From the human T2T-CHM13v2.0 reference genome, Homo sapiens: a DNA stretch of 64,000 bases. The notes below the pieces were generated by a model. That model searched no databases. It was not told the DNA's origin and saw only the letters and a program-made list of their open reading frames with translations. Position numbers and translations under genes: made by a program. The stretch is taken from the NCBI RefSeq assembly GCF_009914755.1, contig NC_060941.1. One strand, given 5' to 3'. Shown piece after piece: positions 62,201-64,000 of the stretch; positions within the stretch are counted from its first letter, which is position 1, and every line of letters starts with the position of its first letter.

Positions 62201-64000
62201 CCTTTGGCCCCAGCTCCGACCCCTCCAGGGTTTACCAAGTTGGGCTTTCACAGCATGTCTGAGCAAACACGCAGCGACCTTTTACATAATTGCAACCTCC
62301 TCCAGAGAGGAGAGAGGCCACATTCTCTCGGCCCCACCCCCAGGACTTCAAACACACTGCACTGCCCTCATTTTCTCCAAGAAACAGGCTTTTCCACTGC
62401 AACATGCTTCATGTGGCAAACTTTGCTTTCTTCTGACATCTGGCACCAACAGCGTCTGGCGCGTCTGAAGGGACTGTTTGCTTTTTGAACCCCTGCCATG
62501 TTGAGATTACTCAACGCATCCCAGGTCCCCCCCACCTCCCACCCCTGCTCCACGGCCCCAACCTCACTGGGTCTTTTTTATTTTTTTGAAGGGGGGATGT
62601 ATTTGTACAAATTGAGATGTTGAAGCACCAGCCCTGCTGGGAGGGTGAGGCATGACACCCTGTGTCCCTGTCCTACCCCAGGAGGACACTGAGTCTAGCT
62701 CAGGCCCTGCAGAGATAAGGCAGCTGGGAGGGCCTTCCCACAGCCTGATCCACTCAGGAAAGAACTGGAGAGGATCGGAGAGTTGACCATTTGTGCAAGT
62801 CTTTGTGCATTAAAGGGGAGGCCAGGGCTTCAAAGCCAGGCTTATTAACTGTGCCTCAGGGAGAAAAAAAAAAAATCAGAGCCAGATGTGGCCACAGCAG
62901 CTGAAGGAGGCACTTTCCCCACAAGCCTATGCCAGCGCCACATGGCTCTTCTCCAAGGTCACCTGCAGTTCCACTCGAAGTCCAGCCGAGACAAAGCCAA
63001 GATCAAAATGAATCCCCAGAGGGACACACTTGTGTCATTAGTTTCACCTTGTGTCTTTTCAAGATAAAAGCAGCAGCAGCAGCAGCCAGGCCTGTTCCCC
63101 CACCCCTTTGATACCTTTTCACAATTGTCTCTGCCCAGGTATAAAAGGGACTATCCAGACCCAGCAACACGCCCTGCTGGCCAGTTACCTCCAGGGGCTC
63201 AGTCCAACCTCCATCCCCTCCCCACTCCAAAGAGAATCACTTTGAGCCCCCGCCCAAACTAACTCCCAGATGAAGGTGGCTGGTAAAACTATACAAGGCC
63301 TGCTCTAGAGGGGAGGGTGTCTCAGAGCCCTGCAGGTGGACTCATCCCCGTCCAGGAGCCCATGCCCACCTGGCAGGTTACCAAGTGCTATTCAGAGTTT
63401 TCCACTCACACCCCTGGCCCTGGTGGCGGCAACGGGTTCACACCTGGGAATAGACTGTGGTCCTGGCACAGGGACAACGGCACACAGCTGAGGAGTTGGA
63501 ACTCTGTCTTGGGTGTAGACCCCAGAGTGAGCACCTCCTTAAACTAGGGTGCCCCTGTCTCACCCTTGTCCCAGCCTGGAGCCCTAAACCTGGGAAACCT
63601 GGGACAGAACTGGAGCAGAATCCACACATTCTCTTGGGCTGCAGGCCATGGAGAGGGGCAAGGGAGGACTCCAGATGAACTGAGGCAGAGTCATCACCTG
63701 CTCCTTACGAGGGAAATGATCAAGAGAAGGAATGGCCTAGGGCTGGCCCTCATCCTCCTCAGCTCTTGAACCCTCTCAAGGGCCCTAAAAAGTCAGCATG
63801 GACCTTCTCAAGGGCACCTCCGTCCACTCTGCAGACAAGGTAAGGAGACCAGGAAGTTCCCTTCCTGAAGCCCCTGCAGGGGAGAAGGCAGCGGGGCCCA
63901 GGCCTGGACAGGAGGAGTAGACTGCCCTATTCACCCTGTGCCCACCCGCAGGTCCAGCCCCTTCTTTGTTATGGACAAAGGCGCATCTCTGCTTCTAATG
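59205..64000 (-). other. Distal part of a long 3' UTR (terminal exon) of an unidentified minus-strand gene
   Basis: 4.8 kb without Alu/L1 in an Alu-dense region; U-rich and UGUA-rich on the minus strand toward the 3' end; poly(A) signal present; no coding exon visible. Confidence 0.7.
59228..59233 (-). terminator. Probable distal polyadenylation signal ATTAAA (cleavage ~59205-59212)
   Basis: Minus strand reads ...gcctttATTAAAattttatatttttcaaaac; many upstream UGUA elements; downstream uuuugugugu at + 59150-59159; abrupt AT-to-GC transition. Confidence 0.65.

Noticed and set aside
59205-64000. Assigning a gene symbol to the 3' UTR
   Set aside because: No coding exon is in the window and I do not recognise the UTR reliably; BLAT is needed

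Overview
Hominid (almost certainly human) genomic DNA, identified by about 40 Alus and a full-length SVA. Positions 1 to ~59,200 are intergenic and dominated by repeats: Alu, MIR, L2, fragmented L1M, MaLR/ERVL solo LTRs, hAT MER elements, one SVA and three large low-complexity or VNTR tracts. Positions ~59,205-64,000 are repeat-free and look like the distal ~4.8 kb of a long 3' UTR of a minus-strand gene whose coding exons lie beyond the right edge; I cannot name the gene from sequence alone. No ORF in the supplied track is a credible protein-coding gene. I found no convincing new multi-gene system. The best leads are structural or regulatory: (1) a ~315-bp non-TE inverted repeat bracketing an 875-bp spacer (20.5-22.0 kb); (2) an Alu containing an inverted copy of its own tail plus flank, forming a template-switch hairpin (23.7 kb); (3) a repeat-free block with three TCF/LEF cores spaced exactly 80 bp apart (46.7-46.9 kb); (4) a 79-bp direct repeat behaving like an oversized target-site duplication (16.1-16.7 kb); (5) two 1.4-kb tracts with non-B-DNA potential. 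Repeat subfamily names come from my recall of consensus sequences and boundaries are approximate.
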